Source: Sarea resinae (Eukaryota). From it: a DNA stretch of 64,000 nt. Below, piece after piece: positions 41,916 through 53,951 of this stretch (position 1 is its first letter; every line of letters begins with the position of its first letter). The stretch spans positions 434,001 to 498,000 of the forward strand of contig JAPEUD010000003.1 of NCBI GenBank assembly GCA_026026165.1, written 5' to 3'. A model generated the notes under the pieces. The model was not told the origin of the DNA. It worked only from the letters and a program-made list of their open reading frames with translations, and did no database searches. The position numbers were made by a program, and so were the translations under genes.

Positions 41916-43211
41916 ATGGCTTCCCCACGTGAGTGCATCCCTTTTCTCACATGCCCCTCTGGGGCAAAGGTCCTTGCGTCACAGACACTAACCGCCACCA
42001 GAGAAAATCCGAACGACAGCCACGGATCTGCTGAAGATCAACCACCCTGTAATGCTGGCAGGCATGAACGTGGCAGCCGGGCCCAAGCTCGCCGCCGCTG
42101 TCACGAATGCTGGCGGTCTGGGTGTCATCGGCGGTGTGGGATACACGCCCGACATGCTAAGAGAGCAGATTGCAGAACTCAAGGGCTTCCTAAAGGATAA
42201 AAACGCCCCCTTTGGCGTTGACCTGTTGATCCCGCAGGTCGGCGGGTCGGCACGAAAGACGAAGTGCGTAACCTCAGGACCGAGGAATCTGCATCATAAT
42301 GGAAGAGGAGAGAACTAATTCGGGAGTCTTTTGCAGCTACGACTACACCAAAGGCAAGCTTGACGAGCTCGTCAGCATCATCATCGACAGCGGCGCCAAG
42401 CTCTTTGTCTCGGCCGTCGGCGTGCCTCCCAAGCACGTCGTCGAGCGTCTCCACAAAGCCGGAATCCTCTACATGAATATGATCGGCCATCCCAAACACG
42501 TCCGCAAATGCCTCGACGTCGGCGCTGATATGATCTGCGCGCAGGGCGGCGAGGGAGGCGGCCACACGGGTGACGTGCCGACGACGGTGCTGATCCCGAC
42601 CGTGGCTAAAATGGTCAAAGGGGTGAAGAGCCCATTGACGGGTGAGCAGGTCCAGGTCATTGCCGCGGGCGGTCTATTCAACGGTCAGAGTTTGGCGGCG
42701 GCGTTGATGCTGGGCGCCAGTGCGGTTTGGATCGGTACGAGGTTCGTGTTGAGCGAGGAGGCTGGTGCACCGAAAGCTCATCAGGAGGCCGTGAAGACGG
42801 CCGGCTTCGACGATAATATCCGCACTATTATCTTTACCGTAAGTTGGTTTCTATCTGCTATTGCCCTGCCATCTCAATCCGAGTATCGTGCGTAGGATGG
42901 TACTTACGCTCCTTTTCCAGGGCCGTCCCCTCCGCGTGCGCAACAACCCCTACATCCGCAACTGGGAAGAGAACCGCGCTTCAGAGATCAAGGAGCTCAC
43001 GGGCAAGGGCATCATCCCGGTAGAGCACGAGTTCGAGAAGCTAGGCGATGACATTGACGACGACACCCTCGACAACGCGCGGCCGTTCTTGATGGGCAAG
43101 GCCGCGGCCGTCGTCAACGAGCGGAAGAGCGCCAAGGAGATCATTGACGAGATGGTTTCGGAGGCTGTTGAGGAGATGGAGAAGGGCCATCGGATGGTGG
43201 CGAAACTGTAG
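41916..43211 (+). CDS. Nitronate monooxygenase/2-nitropropane dioxygenase (FabK-like FMN TIM barrel) with PTS1 -AKL
   Basis: LAAAVTNAGGLGVIGG, CAQGGEGGGHTG, IAAGGLFNG, VWIGTRF, MGKAAAVV; ends MVAKL; three introns. Confidence 0.92.
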
Positions 43212-43525
43212 GGTTGCGTTCAAAAGGGCTACCTGGATGGAGTCTTTACCTGCTTATTTCATGTTTCGGGTTCCTCTTCTCTAGATGCTCATGTCGGGTC
43301 GGCACGTTAGTGTAAATCCAAGAATGTACGTTGGCTACATGGGAAATGGGATAAAATATATCAGGCATATTTCCGATTTCATTTGAATGAAGATAACAAG
43401 CTAGAGAGAAGAGTGAAGAATAATAATAGAGGCAAGGAGCCAGCCATGATGAATCATCATTATTGTTATCGTTTCACCTCATGTCAACACCGGACACCCC
43501 CAACTCCCTCCCCAGCGTGCAACAC

Positions 43526-44488
43526 TCATGCCTTGATCGTCTCGAACTTGCTCTTCTCGACCAGCCAGGTCCCGAAATCCAACATGCTAGGATTCAGCTT
43601 CCGACACGCCCCCACATCGGCCTTGAATCCGACATCGTCGAACCAGCGAAACATGAGCCCGAACTCGCCGACGGCCCATAGCATGCCCTTGACCAAAAAG
43701 CCAAACGTGGTTGGGATGGGCGAGCCGACTTTCTCGGCGAAGACGGCGTTGGCCTCGTCGAACGTCAGCTCGTCGCCCGCCAGACCGATAGCCCGGTCCC
43801 TGTATTCAGCCGCCTCGGGATTCAGGAAGGCCTGGGCGCCGAAAAAGCCAATGTCGGCTGTAGAGACGAATTGGAGTTTCGTGTCGGCGGACACGGACGC
43901 CTGCCATGCGGTCGCGAAGACTTTGCCCAGCGTGTCGGGCGTCAGGTTCTCGTAGAAGCACACGGGCCGCAGCACCGTGTATGTCATCTTGCTCCCTGCG
44001 CCCGTGGTCTTCTCGGCCAGATGGCGCTCGATGTTGGCCTTGGTCGTGAAATGCGGGACTTCTGTTGGGTTGGAGCCGAGCGGGTGCGCCGCGCCGCTGC
44101 CACCTCGCTCCACGGACGAGTACACGAAATGCTGGACGCCATGCGCCAGGGCCGCGTCGATGAGCTGTTTTCCTTGCGTTTCTTCCGTGAGGGCGGAGGT
44201 GCCGAGACCCGCGGGTAGCTGGACGCTGAAGAGGCCGTGGATCTGCGGCTTGTTGAGGTCGAGGTGGGCGGAGGCGGAGCGGAAGATGGACTCCGGGTCG
44301 TTGAGATCGCCTTGGATGACTTTGATCTTGGACGATTTCTGGGCAAGCTTCTCGGAGCCGGTCGAGGTCGGGTCGCGCGTTACGGCGAGGATCTTGAGGT
44401 TCGTGTCGGCGGCGGTGGAGAGGAGCGAGGAGATGATCGAGGAGCCTTGTTTTCCGGTCGCGCCCGTGACGATTATTACTTTGGCCAT
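43526..44488 (-). CDS. NmrA-like family NAD(P)-binding protein
   Basis: IIVTGATGKQGSS, GVQHFVYSSV, VPHFTTKANIE, LRPVCFYEN; single exon. Confidence 0.92.
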   Translation of the reverse strand: MAKVIIVTGATGKQGSSIISSLLSTAADTNLKILAVTRDPTSTGSEKLAQKSSKIKVIQGDLNDPESIFRSASAHLDLNKPQIHGLFSVQLPAGLGTSALTEETQGKQLIDAALAHGVQHFVYSSVERGGSGAAHPLGSNPTEVPHFTTKANIERHLAEKTTGAGSKMTYTVLRPVCFYENLTPDTLGKVFATAWQASVSADTKLQFVSTADIGFFGAQAFLNPEAAEYRDRAIGLAGDELTFDEANAVFAEKVGSPIPTTFGFLVKGMLWAVGEFGLMFRWFDDVGFKADVGACRKLNPSMLDFGTWLVEKSKFETIKA

Positions 44489-45060
44489 GTTGTTATTGTT
44501 GTATCTGTCTTTGAATTCGTGATTGTGATGGATCTTCGAGGTTGCTGGATCCAATCTGCAGCTTCTAGTGTGGTGGTGGTCTTGATATACCTCCGCGAGA
44601 AACGGTGGGAATGCTACCCATGTTCGATGACGCCTTTCGGCCCCGTCTGCAATAAACAGGTTGAGCGGCCCGCCTGCAACCAATAATCGACGGTACAGCC
44701 CAGCCCCAGATGGGGGAGTCGATTGAATTGAATGGAGCTGTTGCTCGTCGAGTTTGGGTGCAAAGGAGAAGACAATTGCATCGCCGTCGTCGCTTCATTT
44801 CCCTATCCATATCTATATGCTGGCGAAATGACGGTGCCATTGACCGTTGATCATGAACACGATGTTGATCATGGTCATGATCATGATGTTCTCGTTGTGA
44901 TCGCGAAGAGTGGAGAAGCTGCCGGGTCTGGGTCAGGGGTCTGGGACGGACTTGCCGAGGATCACGACGACGACGTCCTCGTAGCGTCGTCGATCCTCAT
45001 GATGCTTTAACTCCACGCCCGCGAGCAGAGCAGAGTGCAGCCGTCATCCCCCACAACTCC

Positions 45061-47243
45061 ATGGATCCCACGCGAGTCAATCTCAACCTGCCCTCCTATG
45101 AGCACCTCTGCCAATTCCACCCCGAAGCAGCCGCCAACCCAAATCTCCAGTACGTCGAGAAACGCGCCTTCTATCTCACCGGCTCCGGTGCGTCCTCGGC
45201 CACAGCCCCGCACGAGGAAACTGGAGCTCCTCCTTTCCCTTTCCTGGCTCTTCCCGAAGAAATCCGCAGGAAGGTCTACGAGTTGCTTCTCTTGGACGAT
45301 CGGGAGGCCCGAAATGACCGACTCCTCATCTCGAGCATTCTCAAGCCGGAGATCGGCAAGCTAGAAGGATGGGGGCTCTTGTGCGTCTGCAAGCAGATCA
45401 GCGAAGAGGCGCTGGAGATGCTCTACTCGATCAACGTGTGCCGACAGAAAACGACCGCGGGTATCTTCTTCGACAGCATCGGCGACAATCTACGCCATAT
45501 TCGCTCGATTTCACTCCGCTGGGACTTCTCTCACGAGGTGTCCTTCCATCGCGTCATCAGAATCATCGCCGGCCTTCCTCGCCTCACATCCTTGGAAATA
45601 TTGATGTGGAGAAGCGCCGCGGTTGACCCACTGGCACATCTGGAATGCATGATAGGTGTCGTGCGAGCGTCGCGGCTTCGGGCATATTTCTCTATTCGTA
45701 TGGCGGAGCGAGGTCTCATCGTCTTGCATTGGGACGTGCAGCGCCACTTGGTAGACGCCGAAGATAGGTGTCCATGGTTTGAGCGGCTGGAGACCTTTTT
45801 CGACGGACTAGGAAATGAATCGAGAAGAGCTCAATTTGTAGGATGTTCTTCTCGTCTCCAACCCGTGCAGCAGTACTGATCATGCGGACAATCCAGCATA
45901 TCCCCTACTGCAATGGCCATTGTGCCTATGGCCACTTTCTCGACCAGCCCAAGCAACGATTACGCCTCTGTTCCTCTCCATCCCCCCCTGAACTCACCTC
46001 CCCTTCCTCCACCACCCCTCCTCCAATTCTCAAACTGCCTGACCACCTCATCTCCAAGATCCTCGCCAACCTCATACCCTCTGATCCCCTAACCGTTGCC
46101 TATGTAAATGGCCACTTCAAATGCGTATTTCACAAGCAGGCCCCATATCCCACCATCCCCACCCCGCTCTCGTCGATCCGCAACCTCCTGTACGCCAACA
46201 ACCGGCGTCTCAGCGGCCTCGCCCTAGATGCACTTTACACCGACAGTGTATTCCACCTCACCGGTGGCCCGGCGCACAAATGGCTCTCGGAGATCGGCGC
46301 GCGCAACCGTGCGCATGTGCGCCAGCTCCGCCTCGACTACGACGTCCAAGACGGCGGCGGCTCGTCCTCCGACCCGCCGCCGACGACGACGGCCACCACC
46401 ACCACCGAAACGACGTGGGACCGACGGCCCCGACCGAACACGCCGAATAACCTCCCCGGCCAAGCACATATCCACCTGCGCCGGACGCTCGACGTGGCGC
46501 TCTCGTCGCTGCCGAAGCTCGAGACGATGGAAATATACGTGCCGCTCGTGTACGCGCCGCTCGCGCACCGTCTCGGCGACGGCGCCGGCCGCGTCCTCCT
46601 CGAGAGAGGCACGCTGACCATCTTCCTCGAGTCGCGCGAGCCGCTGACGAATATGGGCCTACCCCTACCGTTTCCCGTTCCTATCGACCACCAAGTCCAA
46701 CCACGGCCACCAGCACACCCATACCCTACCCTCTCGCTCCCACACCCACCACCACCACCATCCCAAAAACCCGCCCTCCTATCCTCCCTAACCACCTCCC
46801 TCACCACCCTCACCACCATCACCACGACCCTAAACCCACTCCACCTCCTCTCCCTCTCCCTCCCCCCCTCCCCCTTCCCCCACTCCCACAATAACCCCCC
46901 ACCCCCAACCAAAACGCCCATCCCGCCCCCCCTCCTCCTCTCCCCCCTCCTCCTCCCCTGCCCGCACGCCTACGACCACCTCCTCGCCCGCTGGCGGCCC
47001 GCCACCGAGATCCTGACCCCGCACCTCCTCGCCCTCTGGACGGCCGTCGTGCGCGCCGAGAGCCAGCGCGTCCAGCGCGAGCGCGCCCGCCTCGACCAGA
47101 TCCGCCTTGAGGAGCGCCGCCGTCGGCAGGCCATGGTGACGGGCTTGGGCATGGGCGAGGGCGAGGTCGTGGTGCGGGGGTTTGGGTGGTGGGCGTGGGT
47201 GATTTGGGGGTTGGGGAGGGCGCTGGGGGGCGGGAATGGGTAG
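45061..47243 (+). CDS. Hypothetical protein with two F-box-like modules
   Basis: Phase-0 intron 45838..45896 (GTAGGA..CTGAT..CAG) joins the 45061 and 45843 ORFs; motifs FPFLALPEEIRRKVYELLL and PPILKLPDHLISKILANLI. Confidence 0.65.
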
Positions 47244-48125
47244 GTTGGTTGGTTGGTTTGTGGGTTGGTTGATCGGATGGGATGGGATGGGATGGGATGG
47301 GACGGGGTAGCTGGGTCGAGGTGGCTGGCTAGCTAAGGCATAAGAGATGGAGATAGATGGGCCAACAGTGTGTGTGATGTTCTCTCAAACCTCGAGAAAG
47401 CAGGCAGGCTATAGAGAGAGAGAGAGAGAGAGAGATCGTAGGAAACCACGAGAAAGGGATGAGGATGAGGATGAGGATGAGGATGAGGACGAGGTGACAT
47501 GTTCTGATAAGCTAGATCTATCGATCGATCGAAGATAGGTACAAACCTTACCTTAGTCAGACGCCATAGAGAGACAGGTAGTCAGTCAGTCAGTCAGTCA
47601 GTCAGTCAGGTGGGACACACGAATCGATGGACACACGGATGGATGCAAGGATGGATCAATGGCTAGATAGGCAAATGAATGATCTATACCCTACCTTACG
47701 TTGGCAATTGATCTGTCTTCATCGCGGAACCAGGGCATCGTTGCGGCACGATTGCGGCACCATGGTAGCACTAACTACCGCAGCATCATTTACCGTGAAC
47801 GGCCTTGGGAAACAAAAACCGTCTATAACAATCTCACCAACAATTTCACCACCAGCCCAAACACAAAAGGTTTCATTCGTTCCATTCACTGAATGTTAAT
47901 TTCCGTTATACACATTCTCCCTTGTCGAGCCAACTTTCTTCACTGCTTTGCTTTGCTCGGGCCCCATTTTGCCGTTCGCAACGTAAGCGGCGAGTTCAAT
48001 TTGCAGTTTCATTTTCTTTTGGGCATCAAGCCGCCGCTGGCCCTCCATTCCCATTCCCCGTTCCTGTTCCCTTTCCCCGAGTTCATAGCATAGCATATCG
48101 CAGCACATACAGCACATACAGCACA

Positions 48126-51100
48126 TCAAAGCTTCGCGGCCTTGGCAGCAGCGCCAGAATCAAGCAACTCGGCCGCGGCGCCGGCGATGCACAGCTTACC
48201 CGTCTCGACGACCTTGACCTGAAACACGACCTTCCTGGCCCCACCACCATCAACCCTCCACATCTCAGTGCGGAGCGTCTGGCCCGGGGTGACGGTGCCG
48301 GCGAAGCGCACCTTGACGTTCCGGAAGGGGCCGTAGGCCGCGTAGACGTGCTTGGCGGCGATGCCGAAGAAGCAGAGGCCGTGGAGGATGGGGGCCTTGA
48401 AGCCGCCGGCGGCCGCAAAGGCCGGGTCGATGTGCAGCGGGTTGCGGTCGCCGTTGAGCCGGTACAGGGCCGCCTGGTCGGGCGACGTCTGTTCGGTCGT
48501 GACGGCGTCCGGGGCGCGGTCCTTGGGCGGCGAGTGCGAGGCCGTGGCTGCGCCGCGGGGCGCCGGCTGCGACTTGCCGCCGAAACCGCCCGAGCCGCGC
48601 AGGAAGACGGACGACTCGTTGTAGAAGACCTTGGCGCCGGACTCGTCGACAGTTGTCGTGCCCGTGGTGACAATGGCTGCTTTGCCGACACCCTTGTCCA
48701 CGACGTCGACGAGTTGTGGGTACGAGGTCAGTGTGCCCGACGTCGGGATCGGGTACTGAAGAATCTCGAGGTATTGCTCGCCATGCAAGAGCATCATCGG
48801 CGAGAAGTTTGGCACAAGGTCTGAGAGCGAGAAGGGCACTTCGGCGTTGAAGTAAGGGATCACGCCGAATGAGGGCAGGGCTTGGAAGTTGTCGTCGCCT
48901 TCGAAGACCAGGGGAAGATCGGTGCGTTTGGCGCCGATGCTGAGGTCTGATTGGAAAACAGATGTGTTAGCAGGAGGCAGTATTTGGAAAGGGAAACTTA
49001 CTGTAGAGAATGACCTCTCGGTCGTCGTATGTATATTTCGAGCCCTCGGCCTTGGCTTTCTTGGCCTGTTCGATGTTGGCCAGGTAGTCCTCGGCTGAGT
49101 CTGCACCTTCGCTGTTAGAGCCACCACTCTTGTTCTGCATGTTATTCATGATGCTCTTCAGTCCGTCCTGGCTGTCCTCGGGATGGTCGGCTCGGCCATC
49201 GTCGAAGTTGACAATGCTATCCCAGACCTTGAGGACGGCCTCAGGAGTCAATTGGACATCGATCGGGAACCCGTGACCACCAGTTCGTTGCCAGCGCGTC
49301 CTTCCAATCCAACCACTACCCACTTCGAAGAGACCACCCGTAGGCGGCTTGGGTACCTTGTCCGAACTGAGAAGAACGACAAGTGGGGCGACGTAATCCG
49401 GTTTGAATGCCTGCACCATTTCCTCAGGCATGATACTCCGAGTCATGTTCGTACCTGCATTGGGGGCGATGGTGTTGACGTAGATGTTATATTTGGCGCC
49501 TTCACGGGCCAAAGCACGGGAGAAGCCCAAAATACCACATTTCTAATACATTGTCAGCAGGACGCGCTTTGGTTACTAGGCGGGGGGAGACATACTGCAG
49601 CAGCATAATTGGCTTGACCGAAATTGCCGTAGATACCACTCGTGCTGGTGGTGTTGACGACACGACCGTATTTTTGCTTCAGGAAGTATGGCCATGCGGC
49701 TTTGGTTACTTTGTAAGTGCCCCGCAAATGCACAGCGACGACCTGATCCCACATCTTGTCGTCCATGTTCGCAAATGCCTTGTCCCGTAGGATTCCCGCG
49801 TTATTGATGACGACATCTATACGGCCGAAAGCATCGATAGCAGCCTTAACGACCACATCTCCGTCTTCCGCAGATGCCTTATTTCCGACTGCCTTTCCTC
49901 CAATCTTTTGGATCTCTTGGACAACGTCATCGGGGTTTACGAGGTCGTTGACTACGACAGAGGCACCCAGCTTAGCAAAAAGTAAGGCATATGAACGACC
50001 GAGACTAGAGATATCAGCTCTGAGCACACTCGAACATTGCTTAGACTTACCCTCCACCAGCTCCTGTGATCAAAACCACTTTCCCTTTAAAGTCGATCGG
50101 TTCACCCTTATCATTACTCCCAAGTTGTTGCGCCTCTTCTAGCAGGTCCATAAAGTTGGCCGGTCCTTGAGGGTATTCCGGCTTAGAAAAGTCATTCACA
50201 TTTTTCCATTGCTTTAGGACTGCTCCTGGTGTCAACGAGTCATCTGTCTTGAGCAAAGCTCCTTTCGCTCGCTCCCATCGGAGTTTCGCAACATGACCGC
50301 CGCCAACCTCGAAGATGCCTCCCGTTTCAGACTTGTTCGAGGGGTGCACAAGCACCGCTACAAGGGGGATGACCCAATCGGGCTTCAGATTTTCAAGGAT
50401 ATCTGGCGGCATGACAGTTTGCGTCATACGGCTAGCAGCTAAAGGAGGTCAGCGGTCGTAAATATGTAAGAGCTTTCGTACATACCTATTGGCGCAATGA
50501 CATTGGCGAAGATGTTATATTTGAAGCCTTCCTTTGCCAGAGTCTCTGTGAAGCCAACCTGGGCAAGTTTGGCGGCTATTTCCGATTAGAAAGTAGTCTG
50601 CGTAGGGGATCATCAGGCCATACCGGAGTAATTTGTCTGGCCAAAGCTGCCGAAGAGCCCTGCAGCTGAAGCGGTGTTGATCACCCTTCCGTACTTTTGT
50701 TTTCTGAAATGGGGCCATGCAGCGCGAGCACACTAGACGTGGGCGTCACATCAGCTCCCGTCTTCGTACGTCCATGGAAGAGCCCTTACCTTATAAGCAC
50801 CCTTCACATGGACTTTCATGATCAAGTCCCAATCATCGTCCTTCATGTTCTTGAAGCTGACATCCCTCAATATACCCGCATTGTTGATCAAAACATCTAT
50901 CCGGCCGAACGCCTGGATGGCCGTCTCAATGATCTGCTCGCCATTCTCAACGCTGTCGTAGTTCGCAACCGCCTTTCCACCGGCAGCTTTAATCTCGTCC
51001 ACGACCACATCGGCAGCCTAAGGAAAATCGGTTAGCTGTGGGGAAGGTGCTGGCTACTGCTAAAGCTTCTGACCTTGTTCGATGTGCCCTCGCCCTTGAA

Positions 51101-51229
51101 TGATCCGCCGAGATCGTTGACGACGACGTTTGCCCCTCGAGATGCAAAGAAGAGGGCGTACGCCTTTCCTAGTCCACCACCAGCACCGGTCACGACGACC
51201 GTCTGGTTGTCGAAGCGCAGTTCGGACAT
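48126..51229 (-). CDS. FOX2: Peroxisomal multifunctional beta-oxidation protein (2 SDR domains + hydratase 2)
   Basis: Two [16 protein letters not shown]/GNFGQxNY SDR domains, [30 protein letters not shown]; ends AKL. Confidence 0.97.
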
Positions 51230-51809
51230 GGCGATAGCTCTAGTCGTGATAGCTATCAAAAGGTGTCTCTTAGTCGGGCGATGATGATGTGTTCTGGTTC
51301 TCACAGAGTGGAAAAGGTGGCAGTTGCAAGATTAAGAAAGAAAGGACTCGTGCATCCCCTTGTGTCTCTACTCTCTCTTGGTTCAATCGAGGTGTCACTT
51401 GGCTGGAGCGAACGTGTATGGGTATATCGGGAGTATTGCACTTCACTATTCCCCAGAGCACTAGGGCTACATCGTACTCTACTCCGAGTACATCTCCATA
51501 ACATCGGTGTGTGATGCCGAGGTCCAGTCTCAAATTGGCTGCACCCCACACGGCAGCGGAGATGGTCACGGCAACTACTCCGCAAAGGGTGGAGGAGGAG
51601 GAGGAGGAACGTCATGCATTCATTACGCCCGACACCGACTACCGATGCTGGTACCCTCGTACTCCGTACTTTCACATGTTATGCTGATCCACGTGACCGT
51701 GTGTCGCCATCCATCAAGCATCGAGGCCGATGGCCTCCTCGATTACTCCTTTATTACTCCTTTACGAATCCCTAACAACCTGCTCACGCTCTTTGTAAAT
51801 AACAGTAAG

Positions 51810-53480
51810 ATGTCATCTGCCAACCCTAAGGCCACCACCACCATCATAGACGACAAGACCGCCCACTGCCTCCCATTCATCCTCGACCGCCTTGCCGCCC
51901 ACCAAGAACGACACCGCTCCAACCCCAATGCCGCCCCTCCTTTCTTCCTAGGCTTGAACGGCGTGCAGGGAATCGGGAAGACGACGTTGGTATGATTCTC
52001 TCGTTTCTTTTCTCTTTCTTGATCAGTATGTTTGGATCTGTATTTCTGTCGCTTGCATGAGAACGACTGGTTCTGTTTGAAAAGAGTCGAGCAATTACTA
52101 TAGCAGCGTCAAGGTGTATAAGCCCATCTTTGAGCGCGTGGGAGGACCTTATCTCCGAACGAGAATCTTGTTGCAAATTTGATGCTATAGAAGAGGCTTG
52201 TCCGAGTCTTCTTGTTCTTTTACGGGGTCCATTAATTTTGCATTCCGTTTCCTTCGTTCGCTGCCACGCCTATCTTACAAGAAAACGAAAGGCTTCTTTC
52301 GTGAGCGTCAATGCCTCTCCTTCTCCTTTACCTCTGTAACACAGAAAGAGCCTCAAAGGCAAAGAATGTATCTGTTAGAAAGCGCTTTGCCATAATAGTC
52401 TCAAGCATCCATGCAGTGCTACTGCAGTTACATATCATTCAAAGCGCAGGGACAAAAGCATCGCAATTTAGCTAATCTGAACCCCGTAATCCAAATAAAA
52501 ACAATAGGTGACCACGCTGCACCAAACCCTGACCACCCCTCCTCACTCCCTTCCCACCACCGTCCTCTCAATCGACGACCTCTACCTACCTCACGCCGCC
52601 CAAAAATCCCTCGCCCGCTCTCATCCCACCAACTCACTGATCCAACACCGCGGCGAACCTGGCACGCACGACCTCCCGCTCGCCCAGACGCTCTTCCACC
52701 AGCTCTCACGACGCGAAAGGACCAAGATCCCGCGCTACGACAAGTCGGCCTTCAATGGAGAAGGCGATCGCGCGGACGAGAGCACGTGGGAGGAGGTCAA
52801 CGGGCCGGGCCAGCCGCAGATTGAAGTCGTTATTTTCGAGGGCTGGTGTGTGGGGTTCCGGGCCTTGAGCCCGGACGTGTTGCGGGCGAAGTGGGAAGAG
52901 GCTGTGAGAGAAGAAAAGCAAGGGGAAGGGGGACCAGGGATGCTGGGGAAGCTGAAGTTCCAGGATGTCGAGTTTGTGAACGAGGCTTTGAGGGGCTATG
53001 ATCCGTTGACGGAGTACGTTTGATGTCGATCTGAACATTCCAAAAGGGAGATTTATGAGACGAGATGGCTGACGAGACTCGACTGGCATCCCCAGTTCTC
53101 TCGATGCTCTGATACACCTGTATGTCCTGCTTTTCTACCCCCCTTGACCTGCATGCAATCAACTGACTTCCTACAGGGACGCCGAGGACACGCATTTCGT
53201 GTACCAATGGCGACTAGAGCAGGAGGCGGCGCTACGAGCAACAAAAGGCTCGGGCATGAATGATGAGCAGGTCGTAGAGTTTGTGAACGGATGTAAGTGG
53301 ACGGCCCAAATCCCCTTCTGACCTCGATCCTAACACTGTTGATCTGACGTAATAGACTATCCCGCGTATGAGCTGTTTACGGATACCCTTCGTGCAGGCA
53401 TTTCCCCCGGCGACAAGGGGAGACAGCTGAGGATAGTCGCCGGCCGAGATCGAAAGGTTCAACATGTCATCTTTCTGTAA
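51810..53480 (+). CDS. P-loop kinase of the Tda10/D-glycerate 3-kinase family
   Basis: LNGVQGIGKTT, LSIDDLYL, HRGEPGTHD, PRYDKSAFNGEGDR, IFEGWCVGF, VYQWRLEQE, YYPAYEL; long first intron 51990..52507. Confidence 0.9.
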
Positions 53481-53951
53481 CGAAGGGCGAGGGTATACAA
53501 CATCAGCTACATACCTATCCTGCATGCATTCCATTATATTACTTGCAGATGTCGGCTGGGACTTCAGAAGGTACAGGTACTCATCAGTAGACATCGCACG
53601 ATATGATATTTGAAACACAGTCTCGCAAACATAAGAATTTGGATTGTATAGTGCTACCCGTAGGTCGCTTCTAGCTAGATTGGCCCCAGTAATAGTCGAA
53701 GACGGGCTTAAGATTGGACGTAAATTGAGAACAGATAGCCAGCTTTTAATAGGCTGGCAAATTACCAAAACCTCCTCTGCGCCCCCATAGTTTTTGCTTT
53801 GGGCTACAATAAACGCCTAATGATATCTTATGACATTTGCGTTCGCTTTGCTTAATAGTGATCGCAAAAGAGTGGAAACGCGAATGGATGCGAATAGAAA
53901 GGTTCTACTGCCTACTTCAATGAAGGAGTTCAATGAAGGAGGAGACCCGGT

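Noticed and set aside
52059..52400. Group I intron reading of the structured intron (ACGACTG and ATAATAGTC resemble P7 R/S elements)
   Set aside because: No P/Q (P4-P6) core upstream of the R-like motif, and the intron has normal spliceosomal ends.
32358..52507. TPP riboswitch or hammerhead ribozyme in the two long introns
   Set aside because: The TPP CTGAGA and GATAAT..CAGCG motifs and the hammerhead CTGANGA..GAAA core were not found.
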